Below are positions 20,388-30,333 of a stretch of 64,000 bases of DNA, piece after piece. This DNA is from an uncultured delta proteobacterium (GTDB lineage: Bacteria; Desulfobacterota; RBG-13-43-22): assembly GCA_963843145.1 (NCBI GenBank), contig CAWJJC010000020.1, positions 96,001 to 160,000 of the forward strand, given 5' to 3'. The notes beneath the pieces were generated by a model, which worked only from the letters and a program-made list of their open reading frames with translations, was not told where the DNA came from and made no database searches. A program made the position numbers and the translations under genes. Positions within the stretch are counted from its first letter, which is position 1. Each line of letters starts with the position of its first letter.

Positions 20388-20931
20388 CGCAAGTCCTTTC
20401 TTCGTGAAAAATAAGACTTCATCCTGTCTGAAGTGATTAAGCGGCCGGAGGTCGGCTGTCGAGAATAACTCATTGTTTTTTTTGTCTTTTCAATTTAATA
20501 GAATTATAGGTTGACAAATGAGGATCGGTCAAGAAAATATTGAGGAGCACATTTATTAGATGAACACGGGGAGGGAATCCAGGTGGTCAGGCAGATTAGA
20601 AGAGCGCAAAGGGTAGACGCGGATTTTCTGGCCAAAATCATCCTCATGGGTTGATTTTACTTTATCCCCCGGTTCTATGACCCCGGGGATGAGGTTATCT
20701 TCATTTTCTTTTTGACGGAAGCCCCATGAGAAGTTACTATGGTGCCCTTGGCAAAGGTAAGCTCTTGCTTGGGCCGAGGAATTTCGTCTGAAAATTTACT
20801 CATTGCAGGAGGGCAAGGTGTTCTTGAGCCCTGCCGGCCGGATAGAGAACCTAGACAGCTTGTTGATCGAGATCAGAAAACGGGCTAAGCACGCCAACCG
20901 ATAAAAAAGACGAAGGCATCGGAATCCGATC

Positions 20932-21843
20932 ATGACTGAAAAACCCGAGATCTTGACGACCCTGGCCGAAAGCCATTTGTTCGGCCATTTAAATCCTGAA
21001 ATCCTGAAAGCCATTTCGGAAATTGTCCAGGAGGTCGTCTTCCCTCCCGACACCACCATTGGTACGATGGGGGAGAAGGGAAAACCCTGTTGCCTCATTG
21101 CCTCCGGTCGGGTGAAGCTGTTCCGAACAAGCAAATCCGGGGCCGAGGTCGATCTGGTCCAATTGGTTGCCGGCGAGAGTTTCGGAGAAGTGGCCCTTTT
21201 GTCGGATGAACCGATCCCGGCTTCGGTAAAAAGCGTGGAAGAAACCCGGTTGCTCGTGATATCCAAAGATAGGTTTGATCCCCTGATGAGGCAATATCCT
21301 GAGATCAAAGAGGCTGTCGGCAAAGGGGTTTTGAGCTGGTTCCAGCGGGCCACTGCCAATATGGAAGGTCAGGCCGAGCTTCGAGCCAAGGATTCTCGCC
21401 TAAGATGGATCGACTTGGCCATCATTATCGGTCTCAGCCTCCTGTGCGCCCTGGCTTTTAATCATTCCAACCCCAAAGGGATACCTCTTATTCCCCAACG
21501 CGCTACCTTGGAAGGCGTTTCCTTTTTAAATCCCTCGGCCGTCTTCGAGAAACAGAAAAGAGGAGAAGTCCTTATCGTCGATGCCCTGCCTGCTATCTTT
21601 TATGATCAGGCGCATATCGCGAATGCGGTGAACCTACCCTTGGCCATCTTTGACTTTATGTATGATATGAAATTGGGGAAAATGGACAAGACCAAAGCCA
21701 TTGTGGTCTATGGGCGGACTATCAGCAGGCACTATGATGAGGAGGTGGCCACTAAATTGGTCATTCGAGGGTTCAAAAATGTGAGCATTCTAAATGGCGG
21801 GCTGGCCGCCTGGAAAAAAAATCACTATCCGGTGGCGCCATGA
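20932..21843 (+). CDS. cNMP-binding domain + TM + rhodanese-like domain protein
   Basis: GESFGEVALL cNMP motif, one TM, then VDA..YDQAHIANAVNLP...LNGGLAAW. Confidence 0.8.
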   Translation: MTEKPEILTTLAESHLFGHLNPEILKAISEIVQEVVFPPDTTIGTMGEKGKPCCLIASGRVKLFRTSKSGAEVDLVQLVAGESFGEVALLSDEPIPASVKSVEETRLLVISKDRFDPLMRQYPEIKEAVGKGVLSWFQRATANMEGQAELRAKDSRLRWIDLAIIIGLSLLCALAFNHSNPKGIPLIPQRATLEGVSFLNPSAVFEKQKRGEVLIVDALPAIFYDQAHIANAVNLPLAIFDFMYDMKLGKMDKTKAIVVYGRTISRHYDEEVATKLVIRGFKNVSILNGGLAAWKKNHYPVAP

Positions 21844-22349
21844 AGGTCCTGGTCTCGTTTATGAAAAGGATTTTTACCAGCCCCTACCTTTCGCTGGCCT
21901 TCAGAGTCTATATAGCCTGGATTTTTTTACAAGCCGGCCTGGGTAAGATACCCGATCCCGCCCTATTCGCGGAAAACGTGGCCGATTACCGGATTATACC
22001 CTTCCTGGCGATTAACCTGGTGGCCCTGGTCTTACCTTGGCTGGAATTGATCTGCGCCTTTTATCTTTTTTTCGGTCTCAAGTCCAAGGCGACGGCAGCG
22101 ATTTTATCCGGACTCCTCTTCCTTTTCACCCTCTTCGTGATCATCAACGTCTTCCGGGGTGTATCCATGAATTGCGGTTGTTTTGATAACGTCGGAGAGC
22201 CCATAGGTTGGGCGAAAGTCACTCAGAACACGATTTGGCTTCTGATGACCATTCAAATATTTTTCTTTGACCGGATTCCTTTTTATCGCAGGAGCGAGTA
22301 CCTGTTTAAGAAGAAGACGCCGGAGATAACTCTCGTTTCCTCTTCGTGA
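21840..22349 (+). CDS. MauE/DoxX family membrane protein
   Basis: AGLGKIPDP..LPWLE..NCGCF. Confidence 0.85.
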   Translation: MKVLVSFMKRIFTSPYLSLAFRVYIAWIFLQAGLGKIPDPALFAENVADYRIIPFLAINLVALVLPWLELICAFYLFFGLKSKATAAILSGLLFLFTLFVIINVFRGVSMNCGCFDNVGEPIGWAKVTQNTIWLLMTIQIFFFDRIPFYRRSEYLFKKKTPEITLVSSS

Positions 22350-22702
22350 GGGAGACTATGCCCAGATCACCGAGATCGCTTAAGCGCTTTGTATTTCTGC
22401 TGACGGTTGTGATGTTGGTTACCGTAGCCTGCTCCCAGGAAGAAAAATTCTTAGGAACGTACACGCCCATCCCAAACAGCCCGCCGGAGTACTTCGACCT
22501 GTATGTGGAATTAAAAAAAGGCGGGGAGGGTGTCCGCCGCTTTCAGAGCGGAGAACCCATGGCCTTTCATTGGGTCGTCAAAGGCGACGAAGTGCGGATC
22601 CATACCAAATCCGGGGGAACTATTGTGGCCAGGAAGAAAGGAGATTTGTTTGAGGTAAGATTTCCCGGTCCCGAAGTGGTGTATTTTAGAAAGATTAAAT
22701 AA
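22346..22702 (+). CDS. Hypothetical lipoprotein
   Basis: Hydrophobic stretch ending TVAC; coupled to the upstream gene. Confidence 0.6.
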   Translation: MRETMPRSPRSLKRFVFLLTVVMLVTVACSQEEKFLGTYTPIPNSPPEYFDLYVELKKGGEGVRRFQSGEPMAFHWVVKGDEVRIHTKSGGTIVARKKGDLFEVRFPGPEVVYFRKIK

Positions 22703-22891
22703 TTTTCGGTCACTTCGCCCTTAAGCGGGAGTGCCTCTCTTATCCGGCCTGGCCGCCTGGGTATCTTGGGACATGGCGGAGCCCACCAATGATTTTGAAC
22801 TGCTGGAACTCTGGCAGACCTTCATGACCGGCAACTATTATTAGTATTTCCCCGCCAGGCCCAATGCCCGGCCACGCGAAGGCCCGTTGGA

Positions 22892-23506
22892 TTACCTCCC
22901 CTTTTTCCGGGGATCCCCCTTATCCAAAGGTGCGGCCGCTGACTTCCGGGCGCAATCAGGACAGAGACCACCCGGCGCCCCTGTTTCGGTTCGGGCCCGG
23001 ACATACCGGCTGAGCAACTCCCGATAATCTTCATCATCCCGAAACTCCCCGCAGGACCGGCAGACCGGCAAGAGGGAAGATGTTTCTTCAATCTGTTCGA
23101 GAAGTTTATTTCTTTCTAGACGCATTTTCCGGTATCCATCCACATTACGACGAATAGTGGCTGTGGTCAAGGCATTGACCAGGAAAGTCACCAGACGGAT
23201 GCCCATGTTCCAATAACGATAAAATTCGCTCGAATACCGGTAGGCGTTATAGTCGGCCAGGAACCAGGCCGCTGTCGAGGCGAAAGCAACGATCATCGCC
23301 GGGTAGAGACCCACATACCAGGCGGCCATGACGATCGGCACGAAATAAAAGACCAGGAAACCGAATTCATAGCGAGTCATATGGTCCAGCCACCCCAGGA
23401 TAACCACTAATAACAGGCTTAACCCGAAGCAAACACGGCGATGGTTGTTGAGGAAAAAGCTGGCCTGCTGAAGTAGATTCTTGCAGAAATTCTCGCTCGG
23501 CTTCAT
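22892..23506 (-). CDS. Membrane sensor-like protein (DUF4118-like TMs plus C-terminal CxxC..CxxC)
   Basis: About 4 TM helices, then LLPVCRSC...LCPDC. Confidence 0.6.
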   Translation of the reverse strand: MKPSENFCKNLLQQASFFLNNHRRVCFGLSLLLVVILGWLDHMTRYEFGFLVFYFVPIVMAAWYVGLYPAMIVAFASTAAWFLADYNAYRYSSEFYRYWNMGIRLVTFLVNALTTATIRRNVDGYRKMRLERNKLLEQIEETSSLLPVCRSCGEFRDDEDYRELLSRYVRARTETGAPGGLCPDCARKSAAAPLDKGDPRKKGR

Positions 23507-23545
23507 AGGACAAACCCACTCAGACGGTTCGGTCTGTCCCCCGGA

Positions 23546-23598
23546 CCTCTTCTATTTCCGAGGTCCAGGAGCAGTCGATGCACCCCTTGATGGATTGA
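23546..23598. repeat. Direct repeat of the osmC-like gene 3' end (att-like copy)
   Basis: 51/53 identical to 26146-26198; both differences are synonymous Cys codons (TGT vs TGC). Confidence 0.9.
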
Positions 23599-23627
23599 AT
23601 AGTAATCTATCACCAGGCCCGGTGAAC

Positions 23628-23727
23628 TACCACATCCGGCAGGGGATAGTGCTTTCATCGACCCGGGCCGATAATATCTTGTCCATTTTTAATCCCTCCC
23701 TAGCTTACGTTTACATAATAACGTAAG
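23628..23727 (-). pseudogene. Antitoxin-like N-terminal remnant with palindromic operator
   Basis: MDKILSARVDESTI... after a GGAGG RBS; upstream inverted repeat cttacgtt-N8-aacgtaag. Confidence 0.45.
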
Positions 23728-23879
23728 ATTTTGTACGGATCAACGCCTTGTTGGCCGGGCTACCGGAAGAATTAACAATGAGAGATCCGCTAATTCCCGG
23801 TTGGCGTTTTCGAAGACGGCCCTGAAGGGGTTTGGAAGTGGTCTCGCCGGAGGGAGCGATAAATCTGCCGCACTACCTG

Positions 23880-24443
23880 TCACCGGCCGCCGAGTTCCTC
23901 CTCCAACTCCTCGACGACCTCTGCGACGAAATCGTGAAATCCCCAGCCGATGCCTTTGGTCATCTGCTCCACTCTGGCCAACCGGTCCCTGAATTGTGGA
24001 TATATGCCCTGCGCCTTGCCACGCAACAGGGCGGCCAGTTCGTCCAGCGCCGACCCCACGCTGTTGTAGAACCGCTCGTCAATGTCCCCATACTTGCGGG
24101 TGAATCTCGTGCCGTTCTCCACATAGGTCATCAGCAGTTCCGCCTTACCGGAAAGGTTGCCCGTGGCTTTGTGGTAATCGTGGATAGCCTTGCGCGCTTC
24201 TCCCAGCTTCAGTTTGCCAAAGCCTCGTGTGGGAAAGAACTGCTCTACGATCTTGCTCCGATATCTTTCCAGGGCCTCGTTGCTGCCCTCTCCGGCCTGA
24301 CAGCGGGCCTGGATAAAGTCCCGGTTCTCAGTGCCCGCTTCATAAAGGTCTTTCACCAGCGCGAGCAGCACGGGCTTCTCCCAGGCAGCGAGTTGTTGGC
24401 GGACCGCGCTCCAGCCGCTGGATTTCTTGGTTGCGTTTTTCAT
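23880..24443 (-). CDS. Conserved hypothetical helical protein
   Basis: 187 aa, coupled to the upstream HTH gene. Confidence 0.7.
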   Translation of the reverse strand: MKNATKKSSGWSAVRQQLAAWEKPVLLALVKDLYEAGTENRDFIQARCQAGEGSNEALERYRSKIVEQFFPTRGFGKLKLGEARKAIHDYHKATGNLSGKAELLMTYVENGTRFTRKYGDIDERFYNSVGSALDELAALLRGKAQGIYPQFRDRLARVEQMTKGIGWGFHDFVAEVVEELEEELGGR

Positions 24444-24742
24444 GTTTTCAATAGCCTCGGTTGAACGCGTTTCAAGGCGGGCAAAGATTCGGGCGGAACG
24501 ATCAGAGTGATGCTGCGCGCCTTTCCGGGCACGCGCCGAATCAAGCCCCGCCGTTCCAGCGTGAGTACCATCGAATGCACGCTCGGCGGCGTGACCTGGA
24601 AAAACCGTTGCATATCTGCTTCAGCCGGAGCGCAACCGTTCACGAGGCTGTATTGATGGATGTAGGCCAGGAACTGGCCTTGTCGTTCGGTGTAAGTCGG
24701 TTTCATAAAGGTTTGTGGGTGGTCGACATTGACACCATTCAT
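24440..24742 (-). CDS. LexA-N/MarR-like winged-helix protein
   Basis: TERQGQFLAYI..APAEADMQRFFQVTPPSVHSMVLTLERRGLIRR. Confidence 0.8.
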   Translation of the reverse strand: MNGVNVDHPQTFMKPTYTERQGQFLAYIHQYSLVNGCAPAEADMQRFFQVTPPSVHSMVLTLERRGLIRRVPGKARSITLIVPPESLPALKRVQPRLLKT

Positions 24743-24768
24743 GGCTCAGGCCTCCGTCGGGGCGAGCT

Positions 24769-25785
24769 TTATTCCAGCAGTTTTTTAATGTGACGATCAA
24801 AGTCGGACTCAAACAGGCGATCCTGCACGATACGGTATTTCTCGAACTCGCTCTCGGCAAAAGCCTTGGCGACTTCCTGGCTGACCTTACCGGGATTGTC
24901 GAGGATGTCCCGTTCGTTGAATTGGAGAAAAACGTTGAGTTTTTTGGCCCAGTCTTCCATGGTCATAGGGATGTTCCGCTCGGCCTGATCCTCGGCGTAA
25001 TCGAGATACATCGTCACAAACCGGTCCAGCGACTTCAGTTCCTTCTCGGTGAGGTAATTCTTCGCGATGGAGACATCCGGTTTGATGACCTTCCCGTGAG
25101 GAGCGTTCTTCCAAGTGGTCAACCCCATTTGCTCTTTCTTGCTATCAGCCCGTTCCACGATCAGTTCGGCGGCGGTGCGCCGATGGATGGCGAAATGGAG
25201 CTTGTTCTGTACAGTAGCGAAGAAGGCCTGGGTAGTTTCCGCGCCCGCGCTGTAATCCATCGCCGTGGCATAGATGTCGGTGATCTTCTGGTAGAACTTC
25301 CGCTCGCTCGCCCTGATTTCGCGGATCTCGGCCAGCAGGTTCTCGAAATACTCCTTGCTGAAGAAGGCGCCGTTCTTCAACCGCTCCTTGTCCAGTACGT
25401 AGCCGCGGATGGCGTAGTCGCGCAAAATTCCCGTTGCCCACTGACGGAACTGAATGGCGCGGGCTGAGTTCACCCGGAAGCCCACGGCGATGATGGCGTC
25501 GAGGTTGTAAAACCGCGTCGCGTAATCCTTGCCGTCCTCGGCAGTATGTCGGAAATCCCGACATACTGCTTTTTCATCCAGTTCTCCGGTCTCGAAGATG
25601 TTTTTCAGATGCTCGGTGATCGTGCTGCGGCCCTTGTCGAAGAGCACGCTAATCAGCTTCTGCGTCAGCCAGACGGTTTCCTCCGCCACCCTTACCTCGA
25701 TGCCGTCTTCGCCCGCCTGCCGGGTAAATATCAGGAACTCGGCTGTGCTGTTGCGGATCTGGAGTTTGTTTTTTCCCCTTTTCAT
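24769..25785 (-). CDS. Virulence RhuM family protein
   Basis: ETVWLTQK, YNLDAIIAVGFRVNS, FRQWAT, IRASERKFYQKITDIY. Confidence 0.9.
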   Translation of the reverse strand: MKRGKNKLQIRNSTAEFLIFTRQAGEDGIEVRVAEETVWLTQKLISVLFDKGRSTITEHLKNIFETGELDEKAVCRDFRHTAEDGKDYATRFYNLDAIIAVGFRVNSARAIQFRQWATGILRDYAIRGYVLDKERLKNGAFFSKEYFENLLAEIREIRASERKFYQKITDIYATAMDYSAGAETTQAFFATVQNKLHFAIHRRTAAELIVERADSKKEQMGLTTWKNAPHGKVIKPDVSIAKNYLTEKELKSLDRFVTMYLDYAEDQAERNIPMTMEDWAKKLNVFLQFNERDILDNPGKVSQEVAKAFAESEFEKYRIVQDRLFESDFDRHIKKLLE

Positions 25786-25816
25786 GGCCTGCTCCTATAG
25801 TTCTCCATAGAATGCA

Positions 25817-26113
25817 CGATGCGGCGTTTGGTGTCAGTGTCAAGCATTTTTGACTTCCGATTTTTGATTTTTGATTTCAATCTCCCGATTTGAGGCCTTT
25901 GATTGTCCGGCAGTCTTAGCTGAGGCGACAAAAATAGCTGTTAATTCATCAGCCTCTTTCCATAACCCCTCAACAAGGCTGCGCTGCATCAGTTCACCAT
26001 CCATAATCAGTTCAAGCCAGAACTTGCATTCATCTGACCTGGTTCAAGGATACGTAATCCTTTACATATTCAGGAATCATCTTGCGGTACAGGGGCGGCA
26101 CCGCCTTGAAATC
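25817..26113 (-). pseudogene. Relic hsdR 3' end / four-helix-bundle 3' half / hsdM 5' end
   Basis: DFKAVPPLYRKMIPEYVKDYVSLNQ (cf. the end of hsdR), then DECKFWLELIMDG..EADELTAIFVASAKTA (cf. 32916-33296), then MLDTDTKRRI (cf. the hsdM start). Confidence 0.85.
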
Positions 26114-26140
26114 CCCTTTATGAAAATACTAATCAGTCCG

Positions 26141-26614
26141 CTAGCCCTCTTCTATTTCCGAGGTCCAGGAACAGTCGATACACCCCTTGATGGATTGATA
26201 GGCCGGGCAGTTCTTTAAATAGACGGCCAAGGCCTTTTCCGCGTCCTCCCGTTTTCCCTTCGGAATTTTCATCTGATACCGGAGCCGGATTTTGGTGATC
26301 CGCAAGACCCCCTCCACCTCTTCGATGTCCCCCTCCACCTGGGCGATCAGGATGTCTTCGGTCTTTATGCCCCGCACCTCCAGTGCGGCCGCCAGGGTGC
26401 CGGTCAGTCACCCCCCGACGCCGGCGATCATATACTCCAGCGTGGCCGGATATTCGGGACCTTCGAACTTGCGTCCGTACTTGTCCTGGTAAAAATCCTT
26501 GATGCCCCCGTGGATCCCGAAATGAACCGGCTCCGCAAAATCCCCGAAGTGGGCCGTCCGATGGGATCCCCGGTGCTTCTCGATGCGAACGCGACTGGTG
26601 TGGGCGACTGACAT
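26141..26614 (-). CDS. OsmC-like protein with in-frame TGA, probable selenoprotein (157 aa)
   Basis: ORFs 26408-26614 and 26141-26377 are one frame joined by TGA: MIAGVGG-U-LTGTLAAALE...NCPAYQSI; SECIS-like hairpin follows. Confidence 0.8.
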
Positions 26615-26717
26615 GATCTGACCTCCTTCAATTCTTCTAGAATGGACCTGTGGCCAGAAGACATAACCTCTGGCGGCGAAACCTTAGCGGCATTGTCGGA
26701 CCCCTCGTTTCATCTGG

Positions 26718-26780
26718 GGGTAACACCAGGGTCAGCCAGAGCCCATCGTTTGGGTGATTGGCTGCACCCATTCGTTAAGG
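26718..26780 (-). mobile_element. Integron attC-like site
   Basis: + strand gggTAACaccagggtcagcc...ggctgcacccattcGTTAagg with an extrahelical base; the stop codon of the 26775-27752 gene lies in the R'' box. Confidence 0.7.
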
Positions 26781-27752
26781 CCGTTTGACTTCTTCATTTG
26801 TTACAGCTTCCAATCTCTTAAGATACTTGACCATGCACCAACCGTTCTCATGCAGATTGTTTAGGTAGTTGAAATACTCCACGCAAATCCATTTGCCTTT
26901 TCGATTCACCAGCCGTACCTTCTGATTCGGGTAAAGTATCTTGAGTAAGTTTGATTTCCTTGTGTTCGGCTTGGAGCGCAAACATACCCTCCGTTCAACT
27001 ACGTAGTACGTCTTCTCAAACTCATGAGTTTCCGCATTTGCTACTCGCTCCAGTATTGCTTGTTGCATAGCATGAATTTGCCTCGACAGCCTTTTTTCGG
27101 ACTCTTCAGAGGTCTTCAAAGAATACATGAGGATAGAAAGAGCAATCAGGAGATTGAGCCAGAACTCCAAACTCAAAAGAGTCTTAGGCGTTCTCTGGCC
27201 ATCCTGTTCAAGTTCTCCGACAAGATGATCGAAGACCTCCCCTACATTGCCACCGGTTTCCGTTTCGACTCTGGCAAATCTTGCCACTGCTTCACGAAAT
27301 GACTCCTCAAAGAAATTTGTGGGAATAGTGCCCTGTAGAAGTTGTCTGTACGCAGTGGTCGATGAATGCATCGCTCGTATTGCGTCCTGAATGGCGGGAG
27401 CGCGAGCCAGTGCCTGCATTTCTTGAATAGCTTCCCGAACAGGCCTTAACGGATCTATGGACTGGAAGGCTCTAACATGTTCTCGAAGACCCAGAAGTGG
27501 ATCGGGGAGTTGTTGAATGGCCGCTACGGCTTGTTGTACTTCTCTAACCGGGTTGTGCAGTTGGATAAGACGGATGGCCTCGCGGAGTTCCTTGAATGGA
27601 TCGGCCATTTCTATAACCTTCAAGGTCCGCCTTATTTCTTTTAATGGGTCGATTATCTGGAATTGTCTAATTGTGTCATGCATAGCCTTAATGGCATCAG
27701 CGACTTCACGTGACTGCGAGATTACCGCATCTGAGGTTGCCTTAATTGTCAT
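26775..27752 (-). CDS. Helical-repeat protein with C-terminal SH3b-like domain (probable gene cassette)
   Basis: Repeated DP[LF]xE motifs, one TM, then VCLRSKPN..LYPNQKV..KGKW..GW; lower GC. Confidence 0.7.
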   Translation of the reverse strand: MTIKATSDAVISQSREVADAIKAMHDTIRQFQIIDPLKEIRRTLKVIEMADPFKELREAIRLIQLHNPVREVQQAVAAIQQLPDPLLGLREHVRAFQSIDPLRPVREAIQEMQALARAPAIQDAIRAMHSSTTAYRQLLQGTIPTNFFEESFREAVARFARVETETGGNVGEVFDHLVGELEQDGQRTPKTLLSLEFWLNLLIALSILMYSLKTSEESEKRLSRQIHAMQQAILERVANAETHEFEKTYYVVERRVCLRSKPNTRKSNLLKILYPNQKVRLVNRKGKWICVEYFNYLNNLHENGWCMVKYLKRLEAVTNEEVKRP

Positions 27753-27882
27753 AGACTCTTTCGGCCAATATTATTTTTTGCGATTTGGGTCGGCCCCCCC
27801 CGTTGACGATATTGCACCATTGCAGCCAACAGGACGATTGTCGGTCGCTCGAACAGAACGTTTTCGGCATGGCCGGTGGTGG

Positions 27883-30141
27883 TCATGAGTTAAACCTCTG
27901 TTTGATGTAATCCTGAGTCTGGCTGGCGCTTAACTCGGTCGTGGATGGCCCTGTGCGAATATAAAAACGTTCCGTATCGCCATCTTTCAGGAATACTGGC
28001 CTGGAGGCCCTCCGACACTTTACTACCATCACGCGGCAGCCGTCGTGATCGTCAAAACGGACATGCATGTTGGTTAAAGCCTGGATCCCCATTCGAGTTT
28101 TAACGATATTCACCAAGTGCAGACCCATTCTATCTTCATTATCAAATTCATCAGCTTGGATACCCACTGGGTTGCCATCATCGGAAACACCTACAACCAG
28201 CGTGCCGCCGTTGCTGTTCAAAAAACCGGCCAGAGTCTTGAGCACGGCCAACTCCATGCGCGGGTCTTTGCTCCCGGTGTGCAGGTTTGTGCGTAGGGTG
28301 GACTTGAACTCCACCGCTTCGGATTCCCCATTTATAATTACCTTCGACAGATCATACTCTACCGTGGTCCAAATCTTCCTTGATTCCCCCAGTCATAAGG
28401 GTTGAGTAGCCCTCTCCGATCACCTGTGCCATCAGTTCGCGGCGTTTCTCCAGAAACTCTCGGTAGTCCAGATGTTCCCAGTTTTGCGGCAGAGCGTGTA
28501 ACCGATACATCCGCTCAAGTTCCGATTGGTTGAATCGCGCCTTCATTCGGGCAGGTAATCGGTCGGTGCTTGATTAGATATGTCTTTATTATCGCCCCAC
28601 TCCACCAGGGCGTAATTGGCGATCTGGTTGGTTTCGCGGGTAGCAGTAATGCCTTGCTTGCTCAGGAAGTCCTTGGGGAAGAGATGATGCCGTTCCACAG
28701 CGGCGCGATTGGCCTGCATAGAAGGATCCAGTAGGTCTGCTACTTTGATCTTGGAGAATAACGCCCGTGCATCCAGCAGCACCAATGCCGCATGATAGGC
28801 AAACAGCGACGGGCTGCGTGGTGATGAGGTGGCCAGATCATTAGGTAGAGACACCGCCCAGAAATCATTGGTGAGGGTAATGTCGCAGATTTGACTGAGC
28901 GTCTTCAAAAAACCGTCGGTTGTCCTCACGTCACGCAGTCCGGCCAGATCAAACTCCATGGCCGATTCCGGCGAGCCTGTAAAGCGCCCCGTGACCGCCG
29001 ACATGAAAAACCAACGGGCAATCACCCGCCGCAGGTCGAACTCGGGCACCTTGTATTCAGTGCGGCCTATCAGATAGAGTATGTAAGAAAACACCAAATT
29101 GTTCTGCGAGCTGATCATCTTCCCACTGCGGAACCCGGCCTGACGAATGCAGTTCATGAAGTCGTGCCAGTATTGCAGACTCAGCACCCGTTGCTGAGCA
29201 TTTTTGAGCAATTCAAATTGCTCCTCTCGGCGCTCGGTGCTGAATTTTTCGGTTTCAAGATCCTTGCCACGCAAAATCGAGTACACATATTTTAATCGGG
29301 CTCGTTTGAATGCCACGCCCACTCCGACCCGCAACAATTGATCGGGCGAAGGCTCGATAAAATGATTGAACGCCGATGCCTGGCCTTTCGATGGTTTGCG
29401 GGATTCACGGCAAAAGCCCTCCAAAGCAGCACGTCCTTCATCCCAAAACACAGACATCAGAGTCAAAATAAAGTCGGCCTGATTCAGCGGAGTACCCTTG
29501 CTGTTGATGCGCACGAACACATCCGACACAGCTTCTTCATCAATATCCGATGCCAGTTCAGAGCAGTGAATGGGAAACCTAAAAGCCCTTGGAGTTTGCT
29601 GATTCGATTTCTTGATTGCTTTGCTCTCTTCCACCGTTACAATACGCGAAGCACTCAGCCCCTCCAGATAGTTTCCACCACCTCAAACAAGTCTGGTCTT
29701 GTCATTCCAAAGCAAGGAAACATCAGAGATAAAAGCTTTGTCACGGCTTATAGCAGCATCAGCCACTTCAAATCTCTCTTCAAGAGGATTGAAGGCAATC
29801 TGGATATGTTCGCTTTCAAAGTTCTCCCGCAAAACCGCTATATTTTTGATGACGGCATACAACGAAGTCAGGCGTTGCTGTCCATCTACGATCACTAAAC
29901 GTGGCGGCTTTTGCTTAATGTCGGTGCCGATGGTCCTGGAGGCGTCAGCCAGCCCGTTTTGCCAAAACAGCAGATAACCCACTGGATAGCCCTTGTACAT
30001 GGAATCAAACAGATCGCGAACCTTGGCGTTCTTCCACACAAAAGGCCGTTGAATATCCGGGAGCCCAATCTCGCCTAGGCCGATAAATTTAACCAACGAG
30101 CCCAAATCGTAGTCAACTTTGGTAAATACGGTTTCACTCAT
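27883..30141 (-). pseudogene. GmrSD-like (DUF262 + DUF1524/HNH) protein with C-terminal AlbA_2/Schlafen domain, frameshifted
   Basis: LPDIQRPFVW, VDGQQRLT, VFVRINSKG, ERHHLFP..NYAL, EFKST..FLNSNGGTLVVGVSD in consecutive ORFs. Confidence 0.8.
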
Positions 30142-30333
30142 GCTTTGTTATCCTCCTAAGTAACGGCGATTATTTCTCGACATATCCACCTCGACGGGGT
30201 GAACTTAGGACTATTGAGTTCTATTGAGAGGTTAATCCAATACCTCCCAGTGGGTGTAGTTGAGGTATCCCAAAGGAAGGCGATATACTCTCGCTCGCTG
30301 CTGGTCTTGAATGAAAGCGGCTTCTTCTATAGC

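Noticed and set aside
20425-20470. Possible degenerate attC upstream of pirin
   Set aside because: Only a partial taagcggc..gtcggctg resemblance, without R boxes.
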